Positions 7,793 to 16,763 of a DNA stretch of 28,774 bases are shown in pieces. Each line of letters starts with the position of its first letter. Position 1 is the first letter of the stretch. Made by a program: the position numbers and the translations under genes. The stretch spans positions 1 through 28,774 of IMG/VR virus record IMGVR_UViG_3300037479_000205; one strand, given 5' to 3'. The DNA is from a virus. Lineage: Duplodnaviria > Caudoviricetes. The notes under the pieces were generated by a model. It was not told where the DNA came from and ran no database searches. It was given only the letters and a program-made list of their open reading frames with translations.

Positions 7793-9922
7793 GTGACGGA
7801 TACGCCTGTCCAGAGCGCACCGACCAACGGCCACGCCGCCGGCCTCGACATGGGCACCGTGCTCGCGTTCGCGCAGGCCCTGGCGCCGATGCTCTCGCAG
7901 CGCGCGGACGGCTGGAGCAACATCGTCAACGGACTCGGGCAAGCGAACAAGGACGCCCGGCTCCAAACGAAATATTGCGCGCGCGCGCCGATCGACCAGC
8001 AGACGATCGAGAACCTCTACGAGCAGGACGACATCTTCCCGTTGATCGTCGACCGGATCCCCGAGCACGGCACCCGGCGCTGGATTCGCATCACCGGCGC
8101 GACCGACAAGAGCGGGCGCCCAGCGAAGGACTTCTCGCGCCAAGCGCTGGAGAGCCTCGAAGAGATCGACGCGCAGTCCAAAGTCTTCGACCTGTGGCGC
8201 CTCCATCGCCTCTACGGCGGCGCAGCGATGGTGCTGGGGATCGACGACGGCGCCGGCGATCGGCTCGAACGCCCCGTCAACATGAACGCGGTGAAGGCGC
8301 TGCGCTTCATCAACGTGGTCAACCGCTGGGAGATCACACCCAGCTCGACGCTGGACCGCGACCCGACGTCGCCGACGTACCGCCAACCCGAGACGTACAC
8401 GCTCAACAGCAGCGCGAAGATCATCCACAGTAGCCGCATTATCCGGCTCGATCGCACGATGGTAGCCTCGGACACGTCGACCCGCGGCGTCGACGGTTGG
8501 GACCTTCCGGTGCTCGAGCGCGTCTGGGAGCCGCTCCGTCAATTCGGCTCGCTCTACGGTTGGACCGAGTCGATCTTCCAGGACCTGGTGCAGGGTGTCG
8601 TCACGCTCAAAGGGCTCGCTAACATGCTCTCGCAGCCCGGCGGCAGCGGCGACAAGATCGTGCTGACGCGGCTGCAGACGATGTCGCTGGTGCGCTCGAT
8701 GCTCAACATGATCGTTCTCGACGAGGGCGAGACGTACGAGCGGCGCAACCAAGTCCCGATGGGGCTTTCCGACATCATCATCAGGATCATGGACCGGCTC
8801 GCGGCGGCAGCGGAGATGCCGTTGTCGATCCTGTTCGGACAACCGCCCACCGGCCTCAGCACCGACGACCAGAGCGGGCGACGCGCCTTCTACGACTCGG
8901 TTGCGAACAAGCAGCGGCGGCTCTTGCGGCGACTGATCACGTACCTACTCCAACTGTTGATCGCAGCCAGCGAGGGGCCGTTCAAAGGGAAAGAGCCCGA
9001 GCAGTGGGCGATTGAATTTCTGCCGCTCGAAGAACCCAACGAGAAAGAGAACGCCGATCAGCGCGCGGTGGATTCTCAGACCGAGGAGCGGCTCGTGGGC
9101 CTCGGCATCGTCTTGCCGATGGAGGTTCGCGGTAAGTACCTCAATGATCCGAACTGCCCTTGGCCTCTGGACGCCACGCTGGAGCCAGATGCCCAGCAGC
9201 CCGATCCCGCTGAGGACGAAGTTGCAGCCGAAGAGATGGGTTTGCGCAATGGTGGAGCCGATCCAGAGGAGCGCGAGGACGCGTTCGATCCAAATCAACC
9301 ACGCGACGAACTAGGGCGTTGGGGGGAGGGCGGCGGACATGGTTCCAGACCGCTGAAATTCGACGGTCGCTCGGCGCACAATCCGGAGGCGTCGCGCTAT
9401 TCGGATCCCGAGGATGAGTTTAACTATAATCAGTTCGATCGTGAGCCGCACCTCTCCTCTGCTGTCGTTCGCGAACTCGAGGACGGCCCCCAAACCGACG
9501 ACCCTATTTTTGATGCTCTCAAAAAAGAAGATAAGATGATCGCCAAGATAAAACGCGATTACAAAAGCGTGGGCGAAGAGCCACCTGACATTCAAGATAA
9601 TGCGGTGATTCGCGGAGCAATATTTTCGATTCAGCAAGGAGAGTACTCCGACGAAGCGATTAATAGTGCGACGGAGATACTACGGGCCACCAAAGGCCGG
9701 AGCATTTGGGCTTGGAAAGCACTCGACGCTTACGTTGATCTGGCGCTCGCCGAGCTCGAGTACGACGACGAAGCGCTCGACGGCAAACGTAAGGAGCACC
9801 GAGATTATAAGAAGTTGGCTCTGTCGCTCGCAAAGAAAAAGGCCAAGCTAGAAGCGAAATACAATAGACCCGAAGGATCTCGCTGGAGCGAGAAGACCAT
9901 CAGAGAACCAACCGGTCGATAG
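7793..9922 (+). CDS. Portal protein (DUF1073-type) with ~215-aa C-terminal extension
   Basis: 'RLYGGAAMV', 'IHSSRIIR', 'AAAAEMPLSILFGQPPTGLSTDD...RRAFYDSV'; position after terL. Confidence 0.92.
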   Translation: MTDTPVQSAPTNGHAAGLDMGTVLAFAQALAPMLSQRADGWSNIVNGLGQANKDARLQTKYCARAPIDQQTIENLYEQDDIFPLIVDRIPEHGTRRWIRITGATDKSGRPAKDFSRQALESLEEIDAQSKVFDLWRLHRLYGGAAMVLGIDDGAGDRLERPVNMNAVKALRFINVVNRWEITPSSTLDRDPTSPTYRQPETYTLNSSAKIIHSSRIIRLDRTMVASDTSTRGVDGWDLPVLERVWEPLRQFGSLYGWTESIFQDLVQGVVTLKGLANMLSQPGGSGDKIVLTRLQTMSLVRSMLNMIVLDEGETYERRNQVPMGLSDIIIRIMDRLAAAAEMPLSILFGQPPTGLSTDDQSGRRAFYDSVANKQRRLLRRLITYLLQLLIAASEGPFKGKEPEQWAIEFLPLEEPNEKENADQRAVDSQTEERLVGLGIVLPMEVRGKYLNDPNCPWPLDATLEPDAQQPDPAEDEVAAEEMGLRNGGADPEEREDAFDPNQPRDELGRWGEGGGHGSRPLKFDGRSAHNPEASRYSDPEDEFNYNQFDREPHLSSAVVRELEDGPQTDDPIFDALKKEDKMIAKIKRDYKSVGEEPPDIQDNAVIRGAIFSIQQGEYSDEAINSATEILRATKGRSIWAWKALDAYVDLALAELEYDDEALDGKRKEHRDYKKLALSLAKKKAKLEAKYNRPEGSRWSEKTIREPTGR

Positions 9923-9926
9923 AAAC

Positions 9927-11435
9927 ATGGTGCTCGCCACGCAACCAGCACCGATCGTCGTTATCGATCGCGAGAGCTTTCGCCAAGCCGTGCGCGCGCA
10001 ACACCGCGCCGGAAGGTTGAAACACCTCCGCCGACCTCCAGCAGCACATGTGCCGCGTTTGCTCGAGCGCGAATACTACAAGGCGCTCACTCGTGTGCTC
10101 GATGATTTGCTCGCGCATGTGCGCCGGGTTGTGCTCCCGCGCCTTCCGGGGATCGTAGCCAGCGCGCCAGCGGAGCTTCGCGGGGACGCTGAGGGCACAT
10201 ATGCACAGAGGCGCGATCAATTCGACGATCAGGTCCAATCGCTGATTGGCGAGGTCAAGATCCAGTTCTTGGCGCAGACCAAGTCGGCGGTGAAGATCGC
10301 CGCGCGATCAACGGCGCGCAAAGTCGCAGAGGCGCAGGACCGCGACCATAAGCGCGCAGTGCAGTCGGTGCTCGGCGTGCGGCCAGAGCTTGAGGAGCCG
10401 TGGCTACAGCCAGTGATCGACAATTTCATCAGCACGAATGCGCGCCTGATCGAAGACCTCAGCGAGAACGCGCTCGACGGTGTCGCTCGACGCATCGGCG
10501 ATGGTGTGCGTTCGGGGCTCGGCAGCGAATCGATCGCCGAACAAATCGTCGACGACCTCGACCGTGCTGGCGAGTCGATCACGCTGAACCGCGCGCGCCT
10601 GATCGCTGAAGACCAGGTTGGCAGCCTGTACGGCGATCTTGCGCGCGTGCGGAATCAAAAGCTCGGGATCAACCGCTACACATGGAGCACATCTCTCGAC
10701 GAACGTGTGCGCCCAACGCATCGCGAGCGCGAAGGCGAGACGTTCCACTACGACGAACCGATCGAGCCGCAGCTTCGCGCTAAAGGGCTCGACGTCGACA
10801 ATATCGATGGGCACCCAGGAAAACCGATCCGCTGCAGGTGCGTCGGCATCCCAGTCTTCGGCGATTTGCTCGAAGGCGCGCCGGAGGTGATGGATCCGCG
10901 CGAAGAACAGCGCTCCCGCCCGACGCCACGCCTCGTCCAACCGCAGCACGAACTGCGTCCAGCGGCGGATGAGCCGCGTCCGGTCGTTACGACTAAGACC
11001 ATCAGCGTGACGCTGGGAGATCGCGCTCTGGAGTTCAAGCGCGATCGCATTTCGAAGGACGCGCGCCAAAAATTGATCCTGGTGAGAGTCGCAGATCTGG
11101 ATCGCGCCTGGGAGCGCGACGCTGGATTTTACATCCAGCGCGGCGGAGGCGGTGCTGAGATCGAAGGTAGGCGCGCCGGCTTCGAACGCTTTCTGGAGAC
11201 GCTCGCCGAATCCGGCGAGGCGATCGAAGCTCCGCGCATCGATTTCAACGAGGCGCTAGGACGCGTGTCGTTCGGCAACGGCCGCCACAGGTTCTCGGTG
11301 CTCCGTGACATGGGCCTGACCGAGATACCCGTCGCTGTGGATGCCGACGAAGTGGATGCAGTCGCGCGTGCGTTCGCTAGGCCACGGCGCCGATCAATTT
11401 ACACGGGGGAAGTGTCGGCAACAGAACTCCCATAG
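9927..11435 (+). CDS. MuF/SPP1 gp7-like minor head protein with C-terminal ParB/Srx-like domain
   Basis: 'RARLIAEDQ', 'YTWSTSLDERVRPTH', 'HPGKPIRCRC'; C-terminal 'FGNGRHRFSVLRDMGLTEIPV'. Confidence 0.92.
   Translation: MVLATQPAPIVVIDRESFRQAVRAQHRAGRLKHLRRPPAAHVPRLLEREYYKALTRVLDDLLAHVRRVVLPRLPGIVASAPAELRGDAEGTYAQRRDQFDDQVQSLIGEVKIQFLAQTKSAVKIAARSTARKVAEAQDRDHKRAVQSVLGVRPELEEPWLQPVIDNFISTNARLIEDLSENALDGVARRIGDGVRSGLGSESIAEQIVDDLDRAGESITLNRARLIAEDQVGSLYGDLARVRNQKLGINRYTWSTSLDERVRPTHREREGETFHYDEPIEPQLRAKGLDVDNIDGHPGKPIRCRCVGIPVFGDLLEGAPEVMDPREEQRSRPTPRLVQPQHELRPAADEPRPVVTTKTISVTLGDRALEFKRDRISKDARQKLILVRVADLDRAWERDAGFYIQRGGGGAEIEGRRAGFERFLETLAESGEAIEAPRIDFNEALGRVSFGNGRHRFSVLRDMGLTEIPVAVDADEVDAVARAFARPRRRSIYTGEVSATELP
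11401..11423 (+). promoter_or_regulatory. Conserved motif copy 2 (putative late promoter), upstream of protease/capsid genes
   Basis: ACACGGGGGAA-GTGTCGG-CAACA, 15 nt before GTG 11439, inside the last MuF codons. Confidence 0.7.
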
Positions 11436-11438
11436 TTC

Positions 11439-12719
11439 GTGGGTCTCCCGAGCTACACGGCGGTCCGATTCGACAGCGCAGAGTCCGGCGAGGGCCAGGC
11501 CGTGCGTCGATACGACCGCGGCGAGCTCAAGAGCCCGACGAAGACGCCCGAAGGATTCATCCGTGCCGAGGGGTTCGTCGCGCGCGCCGGCGTGTTCCGC
11601 TACCAGCGCGCCGACGGAACCCCGTTCACCGAGCTCAGGCACCCCGACGAAGTCTTTCATCCGGAAGCGATCGCGAGCTTCGCTCTGGTCCCGCTGACGC
11701 TCGAGCACCCACCGAAAAACCTCCTCCCTGGGATCGTGCGTGACTATCAGGTCGGCTCAGTCGGGCAGCCGCGCAGAGACGGTGATCGACTTCGAACCGA
11801 CATCCTGATCACCGACCCGAAGGCGATCTCTGCGGCGGAGTCCGGGGTGACCGGTCTCAGCGGCGGATACGACACGCTGGTCTTTCCGGTCGCCGGCACG
11901 TGGACCGACGAGAACGGGCGCGAGCATCGCTTCGACAGTTACCAGACGCGTATCCGCGGCAACCACGTTGCGCAGACCGAATCACCGCGTCTTGGGACCG
12001 ACATCCGCATGCGCATGGACAGCACGGACGCTGTTCAGCGCGACGAAATCGAATCGCCGGCTTTGGCCGGCACAGGCGCGCAGCCGCGCGCGGGAGCAGC
12101 AATGGCCAAGATCAAGATTGGCGAAGTCGAGCACGAGGTCCCCGAAGCGGTGGCTTCGGCCTATCAACAACTCCAAGGGCGTGCGGACGCCGCAGAGAAG
12201 GCGCCTCGCCAAGATGCGGACGTCGCTGCGCTGAATCGCAAGATCGATCAGATGCAGGGCGCGCTCGATGCCGCAACCGCCGACCTCAAATCGCGCCAAG
12301 ACGCCGAGAAGCAGGCGAAGGTGCGAGCGACCGAGGAAGCGGCGATCGCTAGCAAAGCCGAAATCGTTGTCAAGGCAGCAGCGGTGCTCAAGCGGCCGAT
12401 CGCTGACCTCGCGCGCATGGACAGCAACACGCTCATGCGTGAGGTCGTGAAGGCCGAGTCGCCGGACACGCCGATCGACGGCAAGAGCGACGAGTACGTC
12501 GCTGGCATCTTCCAGCACGTCACATCGCGCATCGATTCGTCGAAGGCGATGGGCGACGCGCTGAACGCGTCGAAGGACAAGACGCAGCAGGAGGCGCAGC
12601 GCCGCGCCGACGCCGCGAAGCAGAGCGGCGGCAACGTCGCCAAAGAGGCGCGCACCAAAATGCTCAAAGAGGCGGAAAGCGCCTGGAAGACGGCCCCGGC
12701 TTCAACGCCGGCGAGCTGA
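11439..12719 (+). CDS. Prohead protease/scaffold fusion (DUF2213-type)
   Basis: 'RYDRGEL...TPEGFI', 'ELRHPDEVF', 'PLTLEHP', 'LSGGY', 'QTRIRGNHVA'; Ala-rich coiled-coil C-terminal half. Confidence 0.9.
   Translation: MGLPSYTAVRFDSAESGEGQAVRRYDRGELKSPTKTPEGFIRAEGFVARAGVFRYQRADGTPFTELRHPDEVFHPEAIASFALVPLTLEHPPKNLLPGIVRDYQVGSVGQPRRDGDRLRTDILITDPKAISAAESGVTGLSGGYDTLVFPVAGTWTDENGREHRFDSYQTRIRGNHVAQTESPRLGTDIRMRMDSTDAVQRDEIESPALAGTGAQPRAGAAMAKIKIGEVEHEVPEAVASAYQQLQGRADAAEKAPRQDADVAALNRKIDQMQGALDAATADLKSRQDAEKQAKVRATEEAAIASKAEIVVKAAAVLKRPIADLARMDSNTLMREVVKAESPDTPIDGKSDEYVAGIFQHVTSRIDSSKAMGDALNASKDKTQQEAQRRADAAKQSGGNVAKEARTKMLKEAESAWKTAPASTPAS
12102..12719 (+). CDS. Putative nested in-frame scaffolding protein (205 aa)
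   Basis: In-frame ATG preceded by GGAG (12093-12096) exactly where the coiled-coil region starts. Confidence 0.55.
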   Translation: MAKIKIGEVEHEVPEAVASAYQQLQGRADAAEKAPRQDADVAALNRKIDQMQGALDAATADLKSRQDAEKQAKVRATEEAAIASKAEIVVKAAAVLKRPIADLARMDSNTLMREVVKAESPDTPIDGKSDEYVAGIFQHVTSRIDSSKAMGDALNASKDKTQQEAQRRADAAKQSGGNVAKEARTKMLKEAESAWKTAPASTPAS

Positions 12720-12742
12720 GGAACGGGAAGAGGTAGCGAGAA

Positions 12743-13822
12743 ATGTCGCTTCAGCAGTCCTACAGCAACCCGGCGATCGGCATGCCCGGTCAACTGGTCG
12801 GCATCAACAACGCGAGCCACGACATTGGCTCGTACATCAACGACCTCGGGTCGGCGAAGCAGATCCACGACGTCACGATTACCGCCGCGGACAGCACGGC
12901 GTATCTGTTCACGATCAACGGGATTCCGGTGACGTACACGTCCGACGCGTCGGCCACGGTCGCCGAGATTCGCGACGGACTGATCGAAGCTGGTCGCGCA
13001 ACGCTCGCGCTTCAAGACGTCGTCGTATTTCAGCCGTTCGGCTCGTTGCTGCGAATCATCGCGGCGACCGCTGGGACCGGGTTCACGTACGCGGACTCGG
13101 ACTCGAACCTCTCGGGCTCGGCGACGGTCGCAAACGTCGCGCAGACCCCGATCAAGTTCGGCCGCGCGGTGGTGAAGCGCACCGGATCGGGCACGACCGA
13201 TCAGAGCGTTCGCCTCCCCTTCGCTCCGACCGCGCAGGTCACCACGGTGACCGTCACGGCGGCGACGAACTCGAAGGTCTACAGTTTCATAATCCTCACC
13301 GGCGGGTATTCGTACCAGATCGACTACACGTCGGATGGTTCGGCGACGACTGCGGAGATCTCGGCTGGGCTCACCGCTCGAGTCAACGCGCTCAACATCC
13401 CGATCACTGCGGCCGACACCACGGACGAGTTCACGCTTACCGCGGATGTTCCGGGTACGCCGTTCACCGTCGCGGAGGTCGATTCTGAGCTCACGGTTGC
13501 GGAGACGACGGCGAACGTGCCGCTGCTCTTCGTCGGAGTCGCTGCGCGCCACCACAACGTCGTGAGCACGACCGATGCGGCCGAAGGACAGGTCGCCCCG
13601 CTCAAGGCGTTCTCGGTGATCGAATCCGGGCATGTCTACGTCGAGGTCGAAGAGGCGGTCGCCTGGGGCGATGACGCTTACTTCCGACACACCGCGACGG
13701 GGACCGAAGAGGTCGGGACGTGGCGCAACGACGCCGACGGAACCGACTGCGAACAAGTCATCGGAGCGAAGTTCCGCTCTTCGACTTCGGGTGCCGGGAT
13801 CGCGGTGCTCGAGCTTCCGTAA
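12743..13822 (+). CDS. Capsid decoration/cement protein with two inserted repeat modules
   Basis: Lies between scaffold and capsid. N-term 'QQSYSNPAIGMPGQL', 'IKFGRAVV', C-term 'GHVYVEVEEAVAWGDDAYFR...GAKF...GIAVLEL'. Confidence 0.8.
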   Translation: MSLQQSYSNPAIGMPGQLVGINNASHDIGSYINDLGSAKQIHDVTITAADSTAYLFTINGIPVTYTSDASATVAEIRDGLIEAGRATLALQDVVVFQPFGSLLRIIAATAGTGFTYADSDSNLSGSATVANVAQTPIKFGRAVVKRTGSGTTDQSVRLPFAPTAQVTTVTVTAATNSKVYSFIILTGGYSYQIDYTSDGSATTAEISAGLTARVNALNIPITAADTTDEFTLTADVPGTPFTVAEVDSELTVAETTANVPLLFVGVAARHHNVVSTTDAAEGQVAPLKAFSVIESGHVYVEVEEAVAWGDDAYFRHTATGTEEVGTWRNDADGTDCEQVIGAKFRSSTSGAGIAVLELP

Positions 13823-13857
13823 GGTCAGGCTGGCCGAAAGGACAAAGGACGAAATCA

Positions 13858-14814
13858 ATGAGTCTCGAACGATTGGACAGCATGATCGAAGCGATGGCCC
13901 CGGCGCCGGAGCGCCGTTATGACGCTGCGCTCGCGCCGAGCATGTTCGTGCAGAACGAGCTTCAGCAGGTCATGGCTCGGACCTACGACCAGAAATATCC
14001 TGCGCTCGACGCGCTCAACCATGCGCCGCTCGCGACGGGCATCGCTCAGGGAGCGATGTCTTGGGCATTCGATTCGGGAGAGATCGCCGGTCAGGCCGAG
14101 TGGATCGGCCCGAACCCGACGCGCGTTCCGGGAGTGGAGATCGGCAAGCGACGGCACACGTTCCCGATCGCGGCGATGGGCGTCGGCTTCAACTACACGG
14201 TGCAGGAGCTCGCGAGCGCGATGTACATGGGCGTCCCGCTGAGCCAGCGCAAGGCTGACGCTGCTCGACGGCAGGCGAAGCAATTCGAGCACAACATCGT
14301 GTTGCTCGGTGACGCCGCGCTCGGGATCGCCGGCCTCTACAACAACACGGCCGTCCCGCTGGTGAACGTGCCGAATGGGGACTGGCTCGGCGCCGCGACT
14401 GGCGATGAGATCGCGGAGGATGTGTCCTTCCTGGCGGATCGTCCGTGGCTGACGACGAACCAGGTCGAGCAGGTCGACACGATGCTGTTTCCGCCGTCGC
14501 TGCTTCGCAAAATGCAGACGACGCGGATGGGCTCGGTCGATTCGACCACCGTGATGCAGTTCGTCCAGAACGTGAATCCGCACATCACGACTTGGGGATG
14601 GCAGCGCGATCTCGAGACCGCTGGAACGAGCGGCGGCAAGCGAATCCTCGCGTATCGGAAGAGCCCGGACGAAGTCGTCACGGTGATCCCGATGTATTTC
14701 ACGTTCCTGGATCCGCAGCCCGAAGGGTTCGCGGTTTCGGTGCCTGGCTGGCAGACGCTCGGCGGCACCGTCTTCTTTTATCCGCGCTCCGCCGTCTACG
14801 GCGAAGGCATGTGA
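13858..14814 (+). CDS. Major capsid protein (HK97 fold, DUF2184-type)
   Basis: Start after AAGGA. 'ELQQVMARTYDQKYP', 'GFNYTVQELASA', 'GDAALGIAGLYN', 'GGTVFFYPRSAVYGEGM'. Confidence 0.93.
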   Translation: MSLERLDSMIEAMAPAPERRYDAALAPSMFVQNELQQVMARTYDQKYPALDALNHAPLATGIAQGAMSWAFDSGEIAGQAEWIGPNPTRVPGVEIGKRRHTFPIAAMGVGFNYTVQELASAMYMGVPLSQRKADAARRQAKQFEHNIVLLGDAALGIAGLYNNTAVPLVNVPNGDWLGAATGDEIAEDVSFLADRPWLTTNQVEQVDTMLFPPSLLRKMQTTRMGSVDSTTVMQFVQNVNPHITTWGWQRDLETAGTSGGKRILAYRKSPDEVVTVIPMYFTFLDPQPEGFAVSVPGWQTLGGTVFFYPRSAVYGEGM

Positions 14815-14841
14815 TCTCAGCGATCAGACGAAGGGAGCATC

Positions 14842-15327
14842 ATGGGTCAGGTCTTTGTCGAAGCTCGCCGCGAATATGTCGATAGCCTGAAGATCGACGG
14901 GCAAGTCATTCCGATCCGGTTCATGCCGGGCATCAACCCCGTCGATGAGGCGATCGTCGAGGAGTTGAAGAAGAAGGGAGCGCGCGGAAAGCGTAGGTCC
15001 AACTTCGCCAAGGCGATGGAGTCGCAACACGATCCGCTCGGACGCAAAGACCAACCGGTGCAACCGCCGCTCCTCCGCATCCTGCGACCCTCGGAGGCGC
15101 AGGCTAAGTCGGATGGGCGCGCGCTGCTCGATTACGAGCTCTACCCCAACGCTCCGTTGCAGATCGCGACTGAGAAGCAGGCGGAGACCGGCAACACCGA
15201 GGCAGCGATCGCTTCCGCGAAGTACGCGCAGGCTGTGGCTGAGGCGCGTGAGCGCATCCCGGCGAGCGAAGTTGAGGGCGCCGAGGTTCTAGCGGCGAAA
15301 GAAGAGCCCAAGAGCAAGCGCAAGTAG
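14842..15327 (+). CDS. Hypothetical protein following capsid gene
   Basis: GGGAG SD; 'FMPGINPVD'; position. Confidence 0.7.
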   Translation: MGQVFVEARREYVDSLKIDGQVIPIRFMPGINPVDEAIVEELKKKGARGKRRSNFAKAMESQHDPLGRKDQPVQPPLLRILRPSEAQAKSDGRALLDYELYPNAPLQIATEKQAETGNTEAAIASAKYAQAVAEARERIPASEVEGAEVLAAKEEPKSKRK

Positions 15328-15348
15328 CGCGAAGGGGGATCAACGCCG

Positions 15349-15723
15349 GTGGCGATGACGCTCGCACAGTTTAGGACGCGGTACCAGCAATTCGCCGACA
15401 CGACCGCGTACCCGGACGACCTGATGGACATGGTCCTTCAGGAGGCGTCGCGCCAGATCAACGACGACTTCTTCGGCGACGTCGCGGACGATGCACACGG
15501 ATATCTTTCCGCGCACATCGCGACCAATTCGATCAACGACGGTGCGGCGAGCGGCGCGGTTGCATCGGGAATCTCGAGCGTCACGGCTGGCAGCGCTTCG
15601 ATCTCGTACGCGAGCGTGAGTGCTGCAGCGGCTTCGGCGTTGAGCGAGCTCGACTCGACAGCTTTCGGCAAAGCGTACAACCGCATCGTGCATCGGCACG
15701 GCGGCATCCGGGCGGTGGTCTGA
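15349..15723 (+). CDS. Head-tail adaptor (DUF4054-type)
   Basis: 'LAQFRTRYQQF', 'YLSAH', 'SSVTAGSASISY', 'LDSTAFGKAY'. Confidence 0.85.
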   Translation: MAMTLAQFRTRYQQFADTTAYPDDLMDMVLQEASRQINDDFFGDVADDAHGYLSAHIATNSINDGAASGAVASGISSVTAGSASISYASVSAAAASALSELDSTAFGKAYNRIVHRHGGIRAVV

Positions 15724-16241
15724 TGCGCGCCGATTTCGCCGTAAAGATCGACCCTGCGTACGCACGCATCATGCGCGAGCTGCGCGCAGCGAAGGGCGCA
15801 TACGTCACCGTCGGTGTTCAGGGCGCGGATGCGAATATCGGTGCCAGCGAAGATCTCAACCTCGCGGCGATCGCGACCGTGAACGAGTTTGGCACCAAGG
15901 ACGGCCGAATCCCCCCTCGCCCGTTCATGCGGAACGCCTGGGACAAGAATCAGGAAGCGCTGCGTGTCGTGCAGCGGAAGGCACTCGAGCAAGTCGTGGA
16001 CGGCAAGAGGACGGCGGCGGATGGGCTCGCGCTTATCGGTGCGTGGTTTCAGGCAGCGGTCCAGAATGAGATCGCGAGCAATACGCCTCCGCCCAACGCT
16101 CCGCGCACGATCGAGATGAAGGGATCGAGTCGGACGCTGATCGACACCGGTCGCTTGCGCCAAGGCATCACATACGCCGTGCACATGAGCGGTCGCGACG
16201 ACAGCGGAGACAACGTCACAGTCACAGAGGAGGCCGCGTAG
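15723..16241 (+). CDS. Neck / tail-completion (virion morphogenesis) protein
   Basis: 'NEFGT..IPPRPF', 'PPNAPRTIEMKGSSRTLIDTGRLRQGITY'. Confidence 0.88.
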   Translation: MRADFAVKIDPAYARIMRELRAAKGAYVTVGVQGADANIGASEDLNLAAIATVNEFGTKDGRIPPRPFMRNAWDKNQEALRVVQRKALEQVVDGKRTAADGLALIGAWFQAAVQNEIASNTPPPNAPRTIEMKGSSRTLIDTGRLRQGITYAVHMSGRDDSGDNVTVTEEAA

Positions 16242-16621
16242 TGCCGAATCCGTTCGCCGCGATTGGTGCAGTGGTTGTTGCGCACTTGGGCGCGCCGACG
16301 GCGATCTCCGTCTCGCGTGCGTCCGGCTCGTATTCGTCGGCCACCGGCAACTGGACACCTGGCGCGGCCACGGTTTTCACCGCCGATGCGCACGTGCAAC
16401 CGGCGACGCCGAAAGATCTCCGGATGCTTCCGGAGAACGAGCGCACGATCGAATCAATCGCCATCTACACCGTAGACGGCCTTCGGACCTCTGACGTTTC
16501 GACCGGGCAGATGGCCGACGTGGTGACGTGGAGCGGACGCACGTGGCGTGTGCGCGCGGTCGAATCTTGGACCGCGCAAGCGGGATACGCCAAAGCGATC
16601 GCCCAGCGGGAGCAATCATGA
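16241..16621 (+). CDS. Head closure protein
   Basis: 'HVQPATPKDLRMLPENER', 'ADVVTWSGRTWRV'; position. Confidence 0.8.
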   Translation: MPNPFAAIGAVVVAHLGAPTAISVSRASGSYSSATGNWTPGAATVFTADAHVQPATPKDLRMLPENERTIESIAIYTVDGLRTSDVSTGQMADVVTWSGRTWRVRAVESWTAQAGYAKAIAQREQS

Positions 16622-16761
16622 GGCACTACGTTTCAGTGGATCCCGACCCATATCCAACAGCCGCTCTCGTCGCTCTTGTCGACGTTGGACCAGAACCGCT
16701 CAACTATAGTTTCCGACCAAATACGCACTCCATGAACAATATCATCAAAGGAGCAGCGTAA
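16618..16761 (+). CDS. 47-aa orphan ORF inserted in the neck cluster
   Basis: ATGA overlap. MRHYVSVDPDPYPTAALVALVDVGPEPLNYSFRPNTHSMNNIIKGAA*. More AT-rich than its neighbours. Confidence 0.4.
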   Translation: MRHYVSVDPDPYPTAALVALVDVGPEPLNYSFRPNTHSMNNIIKGAA

Positions 16762-16763
16762 AT

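Noticed and set aside
7793-9922. Calling the portal an anti-CBASS Acb1 protein
   Set aside because: DUF1073-type portals often inherit that label, but the extension shows no paired HxT/S 2H-phosphoesterase motifs.
13720-13857. Upstream extensions given in the ORF track for capsid (13720) and spike (23487)
   Set aside because: They overlap the preceding genes. SD-supported starts at 13858 and 23793 fit the family N-termini.
13823-14841. Short hairpins flanking the capsid gene (CC-GAAA-GG near 13833; TGATC-N5-GATCA at 14812-14826)
   Set aside because: Stems are too short and lack U-tracts, so they are not supportable as terminators.
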